DNA of 64,000 nt from positions 26,490-90,489 of the forward strand of contig JAZDHZ010000045.1 of the NCBI GenBank assembly GCA_043805415.1, written 5' to 3'. The notes under the pieces are model-generated. The model was not told the origin of the DNA, searched no databases, and was given only the letters and a program-made list of their open reading frames with translations. Position numbers and translations under genes: made by a program. Positions 50,074 to 59,407 of this stretch are shown here, one piece after another. The number at the start of each line of letters is the position of its first letter. Position 1 is the stretch's first letter. The stretch is from Candidatus Omnitrophota bacterium. Lineage in GTDB: Bacteria; Omnitrophota; Gorgyraeia; B26-G9.

Positions 50074-50580
50074 ATGCATGATATGACAGAGCAGAATTTA
50101 AAGGCAGCATTTGCCGGAGAATCAATGGCGCATATGAAATATTTGGTATTTGCTGATAAAGCAAAAAAAGAAGGCAAACCTAATGTCGCGCGTTTATTCC
50201 AAGCGATTGCTTATGCGGAACGTGTGCACGCGACAAATCATTTAAAAGTACTCTCAGGTATTGGAACAACTGAAGAAAATCTTCAGAAAGCGCAAGACGG
50301 CGAACATTTTGAGGTTGAAGAAATGTATCCTGCTTATAATGATGAGGCGGAAAGGCAGGGAGAAAAAGAAGCAGCTAGATCAACGCGCTATGCGCTAGAA
50401 GCAGAAAAGATTCATGAACAGATGTATAAAAATGCAAAAAAGACAGTTTCTACAGGCAAGGACATTGAATTAGCAGATGTTTTGATTTGTTCTATTTGCG
50501 GTTATACGGTTGAAGGGGAATCTTTGGATTTTTGTCCGATTTGCGGTGCGAAAAAAGAAGTATTTAAAAAATTTGCTTAA
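50074..50580 (+). CDS. rbr: Rubrerythrin
   Basis: AFAGES.A, E..HA, E..H and C-terminal CSIC...CPIC. Confidence 0.95.
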   Translation: MHDMTEQNLKAAFAGESMAHMKYLVFADKAKKEGKPNVARLFQAIAYAERVHATNHLKVLSGIGTTEENLQKAQDGEHFEVEEMYPAYNDEAERQGEKEAARSTRYALEAEKIHEQMYKNAKKTVSTGKDIELADVLICSICGYTVEGESLDFCPICGAKKEVFKKFA

Positions 50581-50623
50581 TAAGCTAAGAATAGTTAGAA
50601 TATAAATTAAATAAGGAGTTATT

Positions 50624-50800
50624 ATGAGTCCTGTAGAAGCTTTGCAATTGGCTTTAGGAAGAGAAACTGAAGCGCATGATCTTTATCTCAGACTTGCGCG
50701 GGAACATCCTAATTTAAAAGATTTGTTTGAGTCTTTGGTGATCGAAGAAGATAAACATAAAAAGCTGTTAGAAAAGAAAATTCTTGAACTTACGACTTGA
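50624..50800 (+). CDS. 58-aa half-ferritin/rubrerythrin-like protein (absent from the ORF track)
   Basis: SD AAGGAG; MSPVEALQLALGRETEAHDLYLRLAREHPNLKDLFESLVIEEDKHKKLLEKKILELTT with E...Y and EExxH. Confidence 0.85.
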   Translation: MSPVEALQLALGRETEAHDLYLRLAREHPNLKDLFESLVIEEDKHKKLLEKKILELTT

Positions 50801-50819
50801 ATTGTTATGAGGAGGATAT

Positions 50820-51137
50820 ATGGCTTTACAGTTAAATTCAGATAATTTTGAGCAAGAAGTATTAAACTCAGATTTGCCGGTTATGGTTGATTTTTGGGCG
50901 CAGTGGTGTGCTCCTTGCCGAATGCTGACTCCAACCATAGAGGCTTTGGCAAAAGAATATCAAGGGAAAATTAAAGTTTGCAAGCTTAATGTTGATGATG
51001 CGCAGGATATTGCCGCTAAATATCAGGTTATGAGCATTCCGACAATACTTTTATTTAATAAAGGTAAAGTTGTCAGCCAGACAGTTGGCGCTGTGCCCAA
51101 AGAAACTCTCGCAGCAGTAATGAAACCGTATATTTAA
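50820..51137 (+). CDS. trxA: Thioredoxin
   Basis: VDFWAQWCAPC and SIPT. Confidence 0.96.
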   Translation: MALQLNSDNFEQEVLNSDLPVMVDFWAQWCAPCRMLTPTIEALAKEYQGKIKVCKLNVDDAQDIAAKYQVMSIPTILLFNKGKVVSQTVGAVPKETLAAVMKPYI

Positions 51138-51164
51138 GATATAACTTTAAGGAGGATATAGAAA

Positions 51165-51302
51165 ATGAAAAAATATAGATGTATTGTGTGCGGTTATGTG
51201 TATGACCCAGCTGAGAATAATAATGTTGCTTTTGCTGATCTCGCAGATGATTGGGTTTGTCCTGATTGCGGAGTAGGCAAAGATCAATTTGAAGAAGCTT
51301 GA
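51165..51302 (+). CDS. Rubredoxin, short 45-aa form (absent from the ORF track)
   Basis: SD AAGGAGG; [45 protein letters not shown]. Confidence 0.95.
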   Translation: MKKYRCIVCGYVYDPAENNNVAFADLADDWVCPDCGVGKDQFEEA

Positions 51303-51349
51303 TTAAGACAATAAGAACAAAAAAGTATCAACTATATTAGGACAAGACA

Positions 51350-52546
51350 ATGCATAAGATCAGAGATGATATATATTGGACAGGGTATATTGACTGGGAT
51401 TTGAGAAATTTTCATGGTTATTCTACGCCGTCTGGTTCTACTTATAATGCTTATTTGATTATGGACGAAAAACCAACCTTAATCGATACAGTTAAGCATT
51501 ACGGCTATAATGAGATGCTTTCGCGGATTAAGCAAATAATTGATCCAGCGAAGATTCAATATATTATTTCAAATCACACGGAAATGGACCACTCCGGAAC
51601 AATCGGGGAGCTGCTTAAAATTTGCCCGAATGCGCAAATTGTTTGTTCGCCAAAAGGAGCCGAGGGCCTGAAAAGGCATTTTCTCAATTCCGGACATTCT
51701 GATATTGAATGGAAATTTAAAGTAGTAAATACCGGAGATGAACTCAATATTGGAAAAAGAAAGCTGAAATTTCTGCTCATGCCTATGGTTCATTGGCCTG
51801 ACTCAATGGCAACTTATTCAATCAATGATAAAATCCTGTTTCCAAATGATGCCTTTGGCCAGCATCTTGCCAGTCATGAGCGTTTTGTTGATCAGGTTGG
51901 GGTTGATATTGTATTAAAAGAAGCGGCAAAGTATTATGCGAATATTGTTATGCCTTATGGCGCGCAGGTAGTTAAAGTATTAGAGGCTGTGGCGGCTTTA
52001 AAAATAGATATGATTTGTCCGTCACATGGTTTGATCTGGAGAACAGCGCAAGACATTGCTAAAATCATTAGTTATTACAAAAAATGGGCAGCTTATGAAT
52101 CGAATAAACAGGTTGTGATTGTTTATGATACTATGTGGCATTCAACCGAAAAAATGGCTTTAAAATTATATGAACTGATTGATCAGGCTCAAATACCGGT
52201 AAAAATTATTAATTTAAAAATAACCGATTATTCCGACGCGGTTACTGATATTATGAATTCTAAAATAGTTATTCTCGGCAGCGCGATTTTAAATAATCAG
52301 ATCCTGCCCAGTCTCGGCGGTTTTTTGACTTATTTAAAAGGCTTGAAACCAAAGAACAGGTTTGGAGTAACCTTTGGATCATATGGCTGGTCAAAAGTTG
52401 GGTTTAAATCCTTGGAAGATGCTTTGGACGAATGCGGGATAAAAAGCATCACAGAAGGCCGATATCTGCAATTTGTGCCTTCTGATAATGAGCTTGCAAG
52501 TTTAGAACAGATTGTTGAGCCAATTAAAAAAGCTTTGGGAATATAA
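51350..52546 (+). CDS. fprA: Flavodiiron protein (FprA, O2/NO reductase)
   Basis: NHTEMDHS, HWPD, NDAFG and PSHG; flavodoxin domain with FGSYGWS. Confidence 0.95.
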   Translation: MHKIRDDIYWTGYIDWDLRNFHGYSTPSGSTYNAYLIMDEKPTLIDTVKHYGYNEMLSRIKQIIDPAKIQYIISNHTEMDHSGTIGELLKICPNAQIVCSPKGAEGLKRHFLNSGHSDIEWKFKVVNTGDELNIGKRKLKFLLMPMVHWPDSMATYSINDKILFPNDAFGQHLASHERFVDQVGVDIVLKEAAKYYANIVMPYGAQVVKVLEAVAALKIDMICPSHGLIWRTAQDIAKIISYYKKWAAYESNKQVVIVYDTMWHSTEKMALKLYELIDQAQIPVKIINLKITDYSDAVTDIMNSKIVILGSAILNNQILPSLGGFLTYLKGLKPKNRFGVTFGSYGWSKVGFKSLEDALDECGIKSITEGRYLQFVPSDNELASLEQIVEPIKKALGI

Positions 52547-52555
52547 GGAGTTTTT

Positions 52556-53041
52556 ATGGAAGCAAAGTGGAGTCCTCAGGAAATTTTAAAAATCGCGATA
52601 AAAGTAGAACTTAATGGACAGCAGTTATACTCATGTTTAGAATCAGATAGTGAAGATATAAAAATAAAGCAGATCTGGAATTTCTTAAAGCAGCAGGAAA
52701 TAGTTCATCGTCAGATATTTGAAGATATGCTGGCTAAAGACGGCAGCTTGATAGTTCATGAATTCGGCACAGGCGAATATGACGCTTATATGAAGGCTAT
52801 TGCTTCAGAATATATTATTACGCTGAAAATAATAGAGGAGAAACTTAAGACAAAGTTCGCGTCTGATTTAGCAGCAGTTGATTTTGCTCTGAGCATAGAA
52901 AAAGAATCAGTTTTAGTTTATACTGCTTTGAAAAACTATGTAACTGAAGATAAACAGCATATTTTAGACAAGATCATTGATGAAGAAAAAAAACATATAG
53001 TTCAGTTGATAAAGCTGAAACGGCTTGTAAAAAAGCAATAG
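52556..53041 (+). CDS. Ferritin-like/rubrerythrin family protein
   Basis: AI..E..G...Y, QE..H, A...EK.S...Y and EE.KH. Confidence 0.88.
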   Translation: MEAKWSPQEILKIAIKVELNGQQLYSCLESDSEDIKIKQIWNFLKQQEIVHRQIFEDMLAKDGSLIVHEFGTGEYDAYMKAIASEYIITLKIIEEKLKTKFASDLAAVDFALSIEKESVLVYTALKNYVTEDKQHILDKIIDEEKKHIVQLIKLKRLVKKQ

Positions 53042-53083
53042 AATTTATATCAAAAAACAGTATTTTAGAAAAGGAGTAAGTAC

Positions 53084-53311
53084 ATGGAAATAAAAATTTA
53101 TTCTACTCCGACATGTCCGTATTGCACAATGGCAAAGCAGTACATTTCTTCTAAGGGTTTATCATATCAAAATATAGATGTTTCAGCTGATCAGGCTAAA
53201 ACTCAGGAGATGATCAAGCTGAGCGGTCAGATGGGAGTTCCGGTAATAGTAATAAATGGAACTGTGATTACTGGTTTTGATAAACCTAAAATCGACGCTT
53301 TAACAAAATGA
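53084..53311 (+). CDS. Glutaredoxin/NrdH-like redoxin
   Basis: YSTPTCPYC, GQMGVPV and GFD. Confidence 0.93.
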   Translation: MEIKIYSTPTCPYCTMAKQYISSKGLSYQNIDVSADQAKTQEMIKLSGQMGVPVIVINGTVITGFDKPKIDALTK

Positions 53312-53409
53312 GAACAAAAGATAAAAATATTTTATTGATAAATTAAATTAGAATATTGTAATACTTTAATATGTTTCACTGTTTATTTTTAATAATATAG
53401 GCAGGTTAT

Positions 53410-53718
53410 ATGACGCTTTCTATGTATGAAAAAATCGCGGGAATGCTTAAAATTATTGCTCACCCTTGCCGCTTGCGGATTATTGATATTTTAAAAAAAG
53501 GGGAAATGGGCGTTTCCCGGATCCAGTCTCAGCTTAACTGCAAACAGTCAGTGACGTCGCAGCATTTAAATAAAATGAAAAATAGAGGGGTTTTGCAGGC
53601 ACGCCGCAGCGGAAATGAAGTATTTTATGCTATTGCCAATTTTGAAGTTTTAAGGATCATGAAGTGTTTAAAGGATTGTCCGCATTCTAAAAGGAGGGAT
53701 AAATGTTTAAAAAGCTGA
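53410..53718 (+). CDS. ArsR/SmtB family regulator
   Basis: LK.IAHP.RL.I, SQHL..M and R.G..V.Y; several Cys. Confidence 0.9.
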   Translation: MTLSMYEKIAGMLKIIAHPCRLRIIDILKKGEMGVSRIQSQLNCKQSVTSQHLNKMKNRGVLQARRSGNEVFYAIANFEVLRIMKCLKDCPHSKRRDKCLKS

Positions 53719-56231
53719 TAGAGTTTTCTTTTCATAAGCCGAAGATAATAATGTCGCTGGTATTGTTAATGGTAGTTCTATCGTTAATTCAGTTTCCCCG
53801 GATAAAAGTCGATACTGATCCTGAGAATATGCTTTCGGAAAATGAGTTTGTCCGGACTTTTAATCATCAGGTTAAAAAGGAATTCGCGATATATGATTTT
53901 ATTGTTTTGGGGGTTGTAAATGACCAAAACGAAAACGGGGTATTTAATGTTGAAACGCTCAATAAAATATACGGGATTACAGAAAAAATCAAAGCGATTG
54001 ACGGGGTGATTGGCAGGGAGATTATTGCTCTTTCCACCAAAGATAATATCCGCCAGGGAGGGGTTGGTACAGTTGTTTTTGAATGGCTGATGAAAGAACC
54101 GATTACTGCGCAAGATCAGGCGAATTTTATTCGCGATGAAGCCCGGGATAATCCGATGTTTAATGGAACAATTGTTTCCGAAGATGGAAAAGCTGTATGT
54201 GTGTATATACCAATCGCCCGAAAGGATATTAGTTATCGAGTATCGCGGGAAATATTCAGGATTACAAAAGATCTTAAAGGAAAGGAGAACTATTATATAA
54301 CCGGTTTGCCGGTTGCCGAAGATACTTTTGGCATTGAAATGTTTAAACAAATGGCTATGTCCGCTCCTTTAGCTGGTCTGGTTATATTTCTTCTGATGTG
54401 GATGTTTTTTAAAAGCATACGCTTAATTATTTCTCCGATGCTGCTTGCCATCGCAACTGTGCTTAGCACAATGGGATTATTAATCGGCTTTGGTTTTCCT
54501 GTTCATATTATGAGCTCAATGATTCCCATATTCTTAATGCCGATTGCCGTGCTTGATTCCGTGCATATTCTAAGTGAGTTTTTTGATAAGTACAAAATTA
54601 TCGGCAATAAACAAGAAACAATGTTTGCGGTTATGGATGAACTGTTTACGCCCATGCTATATACATCTTTGACCTCAGCAGTAGGATTTTTCTCGCTTTC
54701 TTTTTCTCCGATTCCACCAGTACAGGCATTTGGCGTGTTTGTTGCCTGCGGGGTAATGATTGCTTGGGTATTAACAATTACTTTTATCCCTGCGTATATT
54801 TCCCTGATGGATGAAAAGTTTTTTGTTAAGATTGGCTCAGGAGATGCTCTAAAAAAAGAAGAAGTCCATCACGGACTTATTGATGTGATTCTTACTAAAA
54901 TACAGAAAATTTCAATTTTTCATTGCAAAACGGTATTAATGTTAAGTATTATTGTGGTTATTTTATCGATTTATGGAATTTCTAAAATTAGTGTAAATGA
55001 TAATCCTGTACGCTGGTTTGATAAGAATCACAATATTAGAGTTTCTGATAGAATATTGAACAAGCATTTTGCCGGAACCTATACCGCCTATCTTGTATTA
55101 GATGCGCGCAATAAAGATGATCAGGTATTTATTGAACCGGAAATGCTTAAATATGTTGAAGGCTTGCAGAAATATCTTTTAGCCAAAGGCATGGTTGGTA
55201 AATCCACAGCCTTGCCTGATGTTGTTAAAAAAGTATACAGTGAACTTTTAGGCGGAGATAAAACAAATTATGTGATTCCAGAGACTAAACGGGCAATAGC
55301 TCAGTGCTTAATATCTTATGAGAATTCGCATAAGCCTGATGATCTATGGCATATGACAACACCTGATTATAGTAAAGTCAATATCTGGATACAGTTAAAA
55401 AGCGGAGATAATAAGGACATGTCAGTTGTGCTTAAGCAGGTAGACGAGTATATAAAAAGCACAACGCCGCCTTTTAAGATGGAATATAATTGGGCAGGCT
55501 TAACCTATATTAATGTTATCTGGCAGAACAAAATGGTTAGCGGAATGCTGATAAACTTTTTAGGGAGTTTCATCATTGTATTTTTTATGATGACTTTTTT
55601 GTTTGGCTCGCCTGTATTAGGCATGATTTCCATGATTCCTTTAACAATAACAATATTGCTGATTTATAGTTTGCTTGGATTTATGGGAAAAGATTATGAT
55701 ATGCCGGTGGCAGTGTTGTCGGCTTTAACCCTTGGCTTATCAATTGATTTCGCGATTCATTTTATTCAAAGAGCAAGAGATATTTTTGCCGAAAATAACA
55801 GTTGGCCTGAAACTTCCAAGGAAATGTTTCAAGGTCCGGCAAGGGCAATCAGTCGCAATGCCTTGGTTATTGCGCTTGGATTTTTACCATTGCTTTTCGC
55901 GCCGCTTATTCCTTATCGCACAGTAGGGTTTTTTATGTTTGCCATAATGCTTGTTTCCAGCATAGCAACGCTTTTTATCTTACCGGCGATTATGAGTTTA
56001 TTTAAAGAAGTATTGTTTGTAGAACAAAAGAGAAGTTTGATTTGCAACTGTAGATATTGTGTTATTATTAGCATGGCAGCTTCAGTGACAGTTATCTATA
56101 TATTACGCGGATATACTTTGATTAGCTGGGGTCCGACAATATTTATTGCGATTGCCGTTATGGCAATCATGTCAGCGGTTTGTTCACAAGTTGGTAAACA
56201 TAAATTCTGTATTATTGATAAAGGGAAATAA
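53703..56231 (+). CDS. MMPL/RND family transporter
   Basis: Duplicated TM1 + periplasmic domain + TM bundle; IAVLDSVH and GLSIDFAIH; Cys-rich two-TM C-terminal extension. Confidence 0.9.
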   Translation: MFKKLIEFSFHKPKIIMSLVLLMVVLSLIQFPRIKVDTDPENMLSENEFVRTFNHQVKKEFAIYDFIVLGVVNDQNENGVFNVETLNKIYGITEKIKAIDGVIGREIIALSTKDNIRQGGVGTVVFEWLMKEPITAQDQANFIRDEARDNPMFNGTIVSEDGKAVCVYIPIARKDISYRVSREIFRITKDLKGKENYYITGLPVAEDTFGIEMFKQMAMSAPLAGLVIFLLMWMFFKSIRLIISPMLLAIATVLSTMGLLIGFGFPVHIMSSMIPIFLMPIAVLDSVHILSEFFDKYKIIGNKQETMFAVMDELFTPMLYTSLTSAVGFFSLSFSPIPPVQAFGVFVACGVMIAWVLTITFIPAYISLMDEKFFVKIGSGDALKKEEVHHGLIDVILTKIQKISIFHCKTVLMLSIIVVILSIYGISKISVNDNPVRWFDKNHNIRVSDRILNKHFAGTYTAYLVLDARNKDDQVFIEPEMLKYVEGLQKYLLAKGMVGKSTALPDVVKKVYSELLGGDKTNYVIPETKRAIAQCLISYENSHKPDDLWHMTTPDYSKVNIWIQLKSGDNKDMSVVLKQVDEYIKSTTPPFKMEYNWAGLTYINVIWQNKMVSGMLINFLGSFIIVFFMMTFLFGSPVLGMISMIPLTITILLIYSLLGFMGKDYDMPVAVLSALTLGLSIDFAIHFIQRARDIFAENNSWPETSKEMFQGPARAISRNALVIALGFLPLLFAPLIPYRTVGFFMFAIMLVSSIATLFILPAIMSLFKEVLFVEQKRSLICNCRYCVIISMAASVTVIYILRGYTLISWGPTIFIAIAVMAIMSAVCSQVGKHKFCIIDKGK

Positions 56232-56246
56232 TGAGGAGGGGAAGCA

Positions 56247-57035
56247 ATGAAGAAGTATATGATATGTTTAATGGTTGCCAGCGCGGTTTTTTTATTCAGC
56301 CAGAATGTTTCGGCACAAACCGTAGACGAAATCATTACCAAAGCTAATCTGGCCGCGTATTATTCCGGCAACGACGGGCGCTCTCAAGTAACAATGACCA
56401 TTACTGATGCTCAAAACAGAATGCGCAAGCGTGTTTTTCAGATCCTGCGCCTGGATGTTGAGGATGGTGGCCAGCAAAAATATTATGTTTATTTTAGCCA
56501 GCCGGCTGATGTCCAGGATATGGTTTACATGGTATGGAAATATATTGATAAAGATGATGACCGCTGGATGTATCTGCCGGCACTTGATTTAGTGCGCAGA
56601 ATAGCTGCTACTGATAAGCGCTCAAGTTTTGTAGGTAGCAATTTTGTTTATGAAGATATATCAGGCAGAAATCTTGATCTGGATGTGCATGAACTATTAG
56701 ATAGTCCGGCTGATGTGTATATTATTAAAAACACGCCAAAAGATGCAAATGCAGTTGAATTTTCCTACTACATGATATCAATAAGAAAGGATAACTTTTT
56801 ACCAGTAAAAGCCGAGTATTTCAATAAACAGGGCAAGGTAAGCCGGATTGTGGAAGCATTAGAAATCAAGGAAATCCAAGGACATCCTAGTGTGACTAAA
56901 TCAAAGGCAGTTGATTTAGAAAACAATTCAAATACAGTAATAGAATTTTCTGGAATTACTTATGATATTGGTTTGGAAGATAGTATTTTTTCCGAAAGAT
57001 ACTTAAGGAGGCCTCCGCGTAAATGGTTAGATTAA
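56247..57035 (+). CDS. LolA-like outer membrane lipoprotein-sorting protein
   Basis: Signal peptide; F..PADV, DDDRWMYLPAL..VRRI and F.GS.F.YED. Confidence 0.9.
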   Translation: MKKYMICLMVASAVFLFSQNVSAQTVDEIITKANLAAYYSGNDGRSQVTMTITDAQNRMRKRVFQILRLDVEDGGQQKYYVYFSQPADVQDMVYMVWKYIDKDDDRWMYLPALDLVRRIAATDKRSSFVGSNFVYEDISGRNLDLDVHELLDSPADVYIIKNTPKDANAVEFSYYMISIRKDNFLPVKAEYFNKQGKVSRIVEALEIKEIQGHPSVTKSKAVDLENNSNTVIEFSGITYDIGLEDSIFSERYLRRPPRKWLD

Positions 57036-58324
57036 TATCAATTATTATTATTGCTGGATTGCTTTGTTTGCTTGGAGTAGGTTCTAGTTTTGCCGCAGTT
57101 CAATTAGGACAAAATGGTTTGACGATAAATGGATTTATTGAGAATGATTTTGGCTTAAAAATCAGCAATGATCAGACTAAAAGGGATAATTTTAATTTTT
57201 TTGAACAAAGGCTGCAGCTTAAAACAAAAACTTATCCTGAATGGATTCCTTTGTTTGAGCAGTGGATGGCAAGTGTTGAGGCAAAAGCAGATTTTACTAT
57301 AGATGAATATTACAATGGTAGGACAGGTGCTGATCTTAGAGTCCTCAGTCTCGGTCTTGCGCCTGCAGATTGGGTGGATCTAAAAATCGGCCGTCAGGTT
57401 TTTACCTGGGGCACTGGTGATTATTTATTTGTTAATGACTTATTTCCTAAAGATTATGTTTCTTTTTATATTGGACGGGAAGATGAATATCTAAAGAAAC
57501 CAAATGACGGAATAAAGGCTTCTCTGTATTCAGATATGGGGAATACTGATTTTATTTTAATTCCAGTATTTGAGCCAAATACCTTGTTTAATGGCCAAAG
57601 GATATCTTTTTTTGATTCTTTTCAAGGCGGTATAGCTGGAACTAATTCCGACCGGCAGCTTATTAGTCCAACAAAAAATCCGGAAAATTCAGAATACGCA
57701 TTTAGATTTTATCGTAATTTTGAAAGCTATGAAGCGGCAGCATATATTTTTAGAGGCCATTATCCTTCGCCGCGGGGGTATCTAAATGAAATAAACCGAG
57801 AGCTTTTTTATCCCAGGCTTGATGTTTATGGTCTGAGTCTTCGCGGTCCAGGAGCAGGAGGAATAGTTAACGCGGAGACGGGTTACTATAATTCTCGGCA
57901 AGACGCAAAAGGCGATAACCGCTTAATCGAAAATCCAATGTTTAAGTTCTTAGCCGGATATTCAAAAGACTTGGGCAATGATCTAAGCCTGGGAGTGCAG
58001 TATTTGTTCGAGCAAACCCTGGAATATGATAATTACAGCAATGCATTGCTGCCTGCTGACTTTGTCTGGGATCAATATCGACATTTAAACACATTGCGCA
58101 TAACCAAGCTGTATAAAAGCCAGACACTAAGAGCTAATCTGTTTGTTTTCTTTTCGCCTTCAGATTTAGATGGATATATCAGGCCTTCGATTGATTACGA
58201 TATGAGTGATGGTTTAAAATTAACCCTTGGGGCAAATCTTCCCTGGGGAGAGGATATACAGACAGAATTTGGGCAAACCAAGCATAATAAAAATATTTAT
58301 ACTAGGATAAGATATAGTTTTTAA
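57023..58324 (+). CDS. Outer-membrane beta-barrel protein (DUF1302-like)
   Basis: Signal peptide; IGRQVFTWG; C-terminal RIRYSF beta-signal. Confidence 0.75.
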   Translation: MVRLISIIIIAGLLCLLGVGSSFAAVQLGQNGLTINGFIENDFGLKISNDQTKRDNFNFFEQRLQLKTKTYPEWIPLFEQWMASVEAKADFTIDEYYNGRTGADLRVLSLGLAPADWVDLKIGRQVFTWGTGDYLFVNDLFPKDYVSFYIGREDEYLKKPNDGIKASLYSDMGNTDFILIPVFEPNTLFNGQRISFFDSFQGGIAGTNSDRQLISPTKNPENSEYAFRFYRNFESYEAAAYIFRGHYPSPRGYLNEINRELFYPRLDVYGLSLRGPGAGGIVNAETGYYNSRQDAKGDNRLIENPMFKFLAGYSKDLGNDLSLGVQYLFEQTLEYDNYSNALLPADFVWDQYRHLNTLRITKLYKSQTLRANLFVFFSPSDLDGYIRPSIDYDMSDGLKLTLGANLPWGEDIQTEFGQTKHNKNIYTRIRYSF

Positions 58325-58338
58325 AAAGGGAGGAAATT

Positions 58339-58539
58339 ATGAAGCAGTTAAGAATAGAAGAAGCGGTTAGGATGTTTGCCGGGAGTATGGTTTTAATATC
58401 AGCAGCTTTAGTTTTTTTTGTAAGTAAATGGTGGCTGCTATTAACAGTTTTTATTGGAGTTAATCTTATTCAGTCGGCTTTAACTGGTTTTTGTCTGCCT
58501 GAAATAGTTTTTAAGAAGATGGGATTAAACTATAAATAA
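58339..58539 (+). CDS. DUF2892/YgaP-like membrane protein
   Basis: R.FAG, W..L..F.G.NL.QS..TGFC. Confidence 0.88.
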   Translation: MKQLRIEEAVRMFAGSMVLISAALVFFVSKWWLLLTVFIGVNLIQSALTGFCLPEIVFKKMGLNYK

Positions 58540-58588
58540 AATAGAGCAAAGCTTAGATTTAAAATGGAATTGCTTTGAAATTTTAATA

Positions 58589-58945
58589 TTATCGCATACT
58601 GCCATCAGGCATTAAATTTTCCGGCGGCGTTGTTTTAGTTTTGCGCAACCTAAATCGAGCGCAATTAGCAAACTTGTTCGATAGACACCAATCATTTGTG
58701 ATTTTAATAAAATTTTCAAAATCAGTATTCTTGAAATATTTGCACATATCGCAACTAATAAAGCCTGGGCAATATTGTTTAGGATTGTCTGAAAATTTAA
58801 AAAAAGGACAATTAACATGATTCGCGGACACGCAGAAGCGTACAGTAGTGTTTATTTCCCTGGAGACATTGCCAAATACTTCCGCACACTCTCTAACATA
58901 GTCAACATACATAGGGCAAAATTCTTCTTTTTCTAAATTTTCCAT
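58589..58945 (-). CDS. Cys-rich hypothetical protein with two internal repeats
   Basis: CP...C...FC....H.NC then CP....C...WC....F.NCARF...P..LMPDG; SD AAGGA. Confidence 0.7.
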   Translation of the reverse strand: MENLEKEEFCPMYVDYVRECAEVFGNVSREINTTVRFCVSANHVNCPFFKFSDNPKQYCPGFISCDMCKYFKNTDFENFIKITNDWCLSNKFANCARFRLRKTKTTPPENLMPDGSMR

Positions 58946-58979
58946 TTTTTCCTTGTTTGAATTATTAATAATATTATTA

Positions 58980-59213
58980 TCAGCAGTTTAGATCTGTATG
59001 AATGACCAAATTAGCAATATTCCAGTGAACAAATACTTTTCCTGGAGGTAAATCTATAATCTGATTAGCCGGCACACGGCTATCTGAACAGCCAATCCAG
59101 AGGTATTCAGGGTTTTGCTGTAAGGAAAGATTTGCAAAAAAATCAGGGGCAGAGGCTTTTAATTTATTGGCCCATTGCTTATTTTTCTCTAAAAGATGTT
59201 TTAAAACGCGCAC
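58980..59213 (-). pseudogene. can: Truncated beta-carbonic anhydrase
   Basis: Q.PEYLWIGCSDSRVP and FVH(W)NIANLV..TDLNC, then stop; the HxxC half is missing. Confidence 0.85.
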
Positions 59214-59407
59214 AGATATCCTTTTGAAGTTTTTACATATAAAATTTTAACCTGAATGCAATATAAAAGCAGACAGTGAGCTTATTTTTTATATTCTAAA
59301 GGGTTTGAGCTTAAATGTCGAGTGAAAATTGTGAAGGCATTTTAAACAGTTGATTTCTTTTTAAAACATAGATAGTATATATATCAGATATCGGAGGAAA
59401 AAGAAAA

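Noticed and set aside
58980-58982. Selenocysteine readthrough of the TGA ending the carbonic anhydrase fragment
   Set aside because: It is followed at once by TAA TAA, with no SECIS-like hairpin and no further homology.
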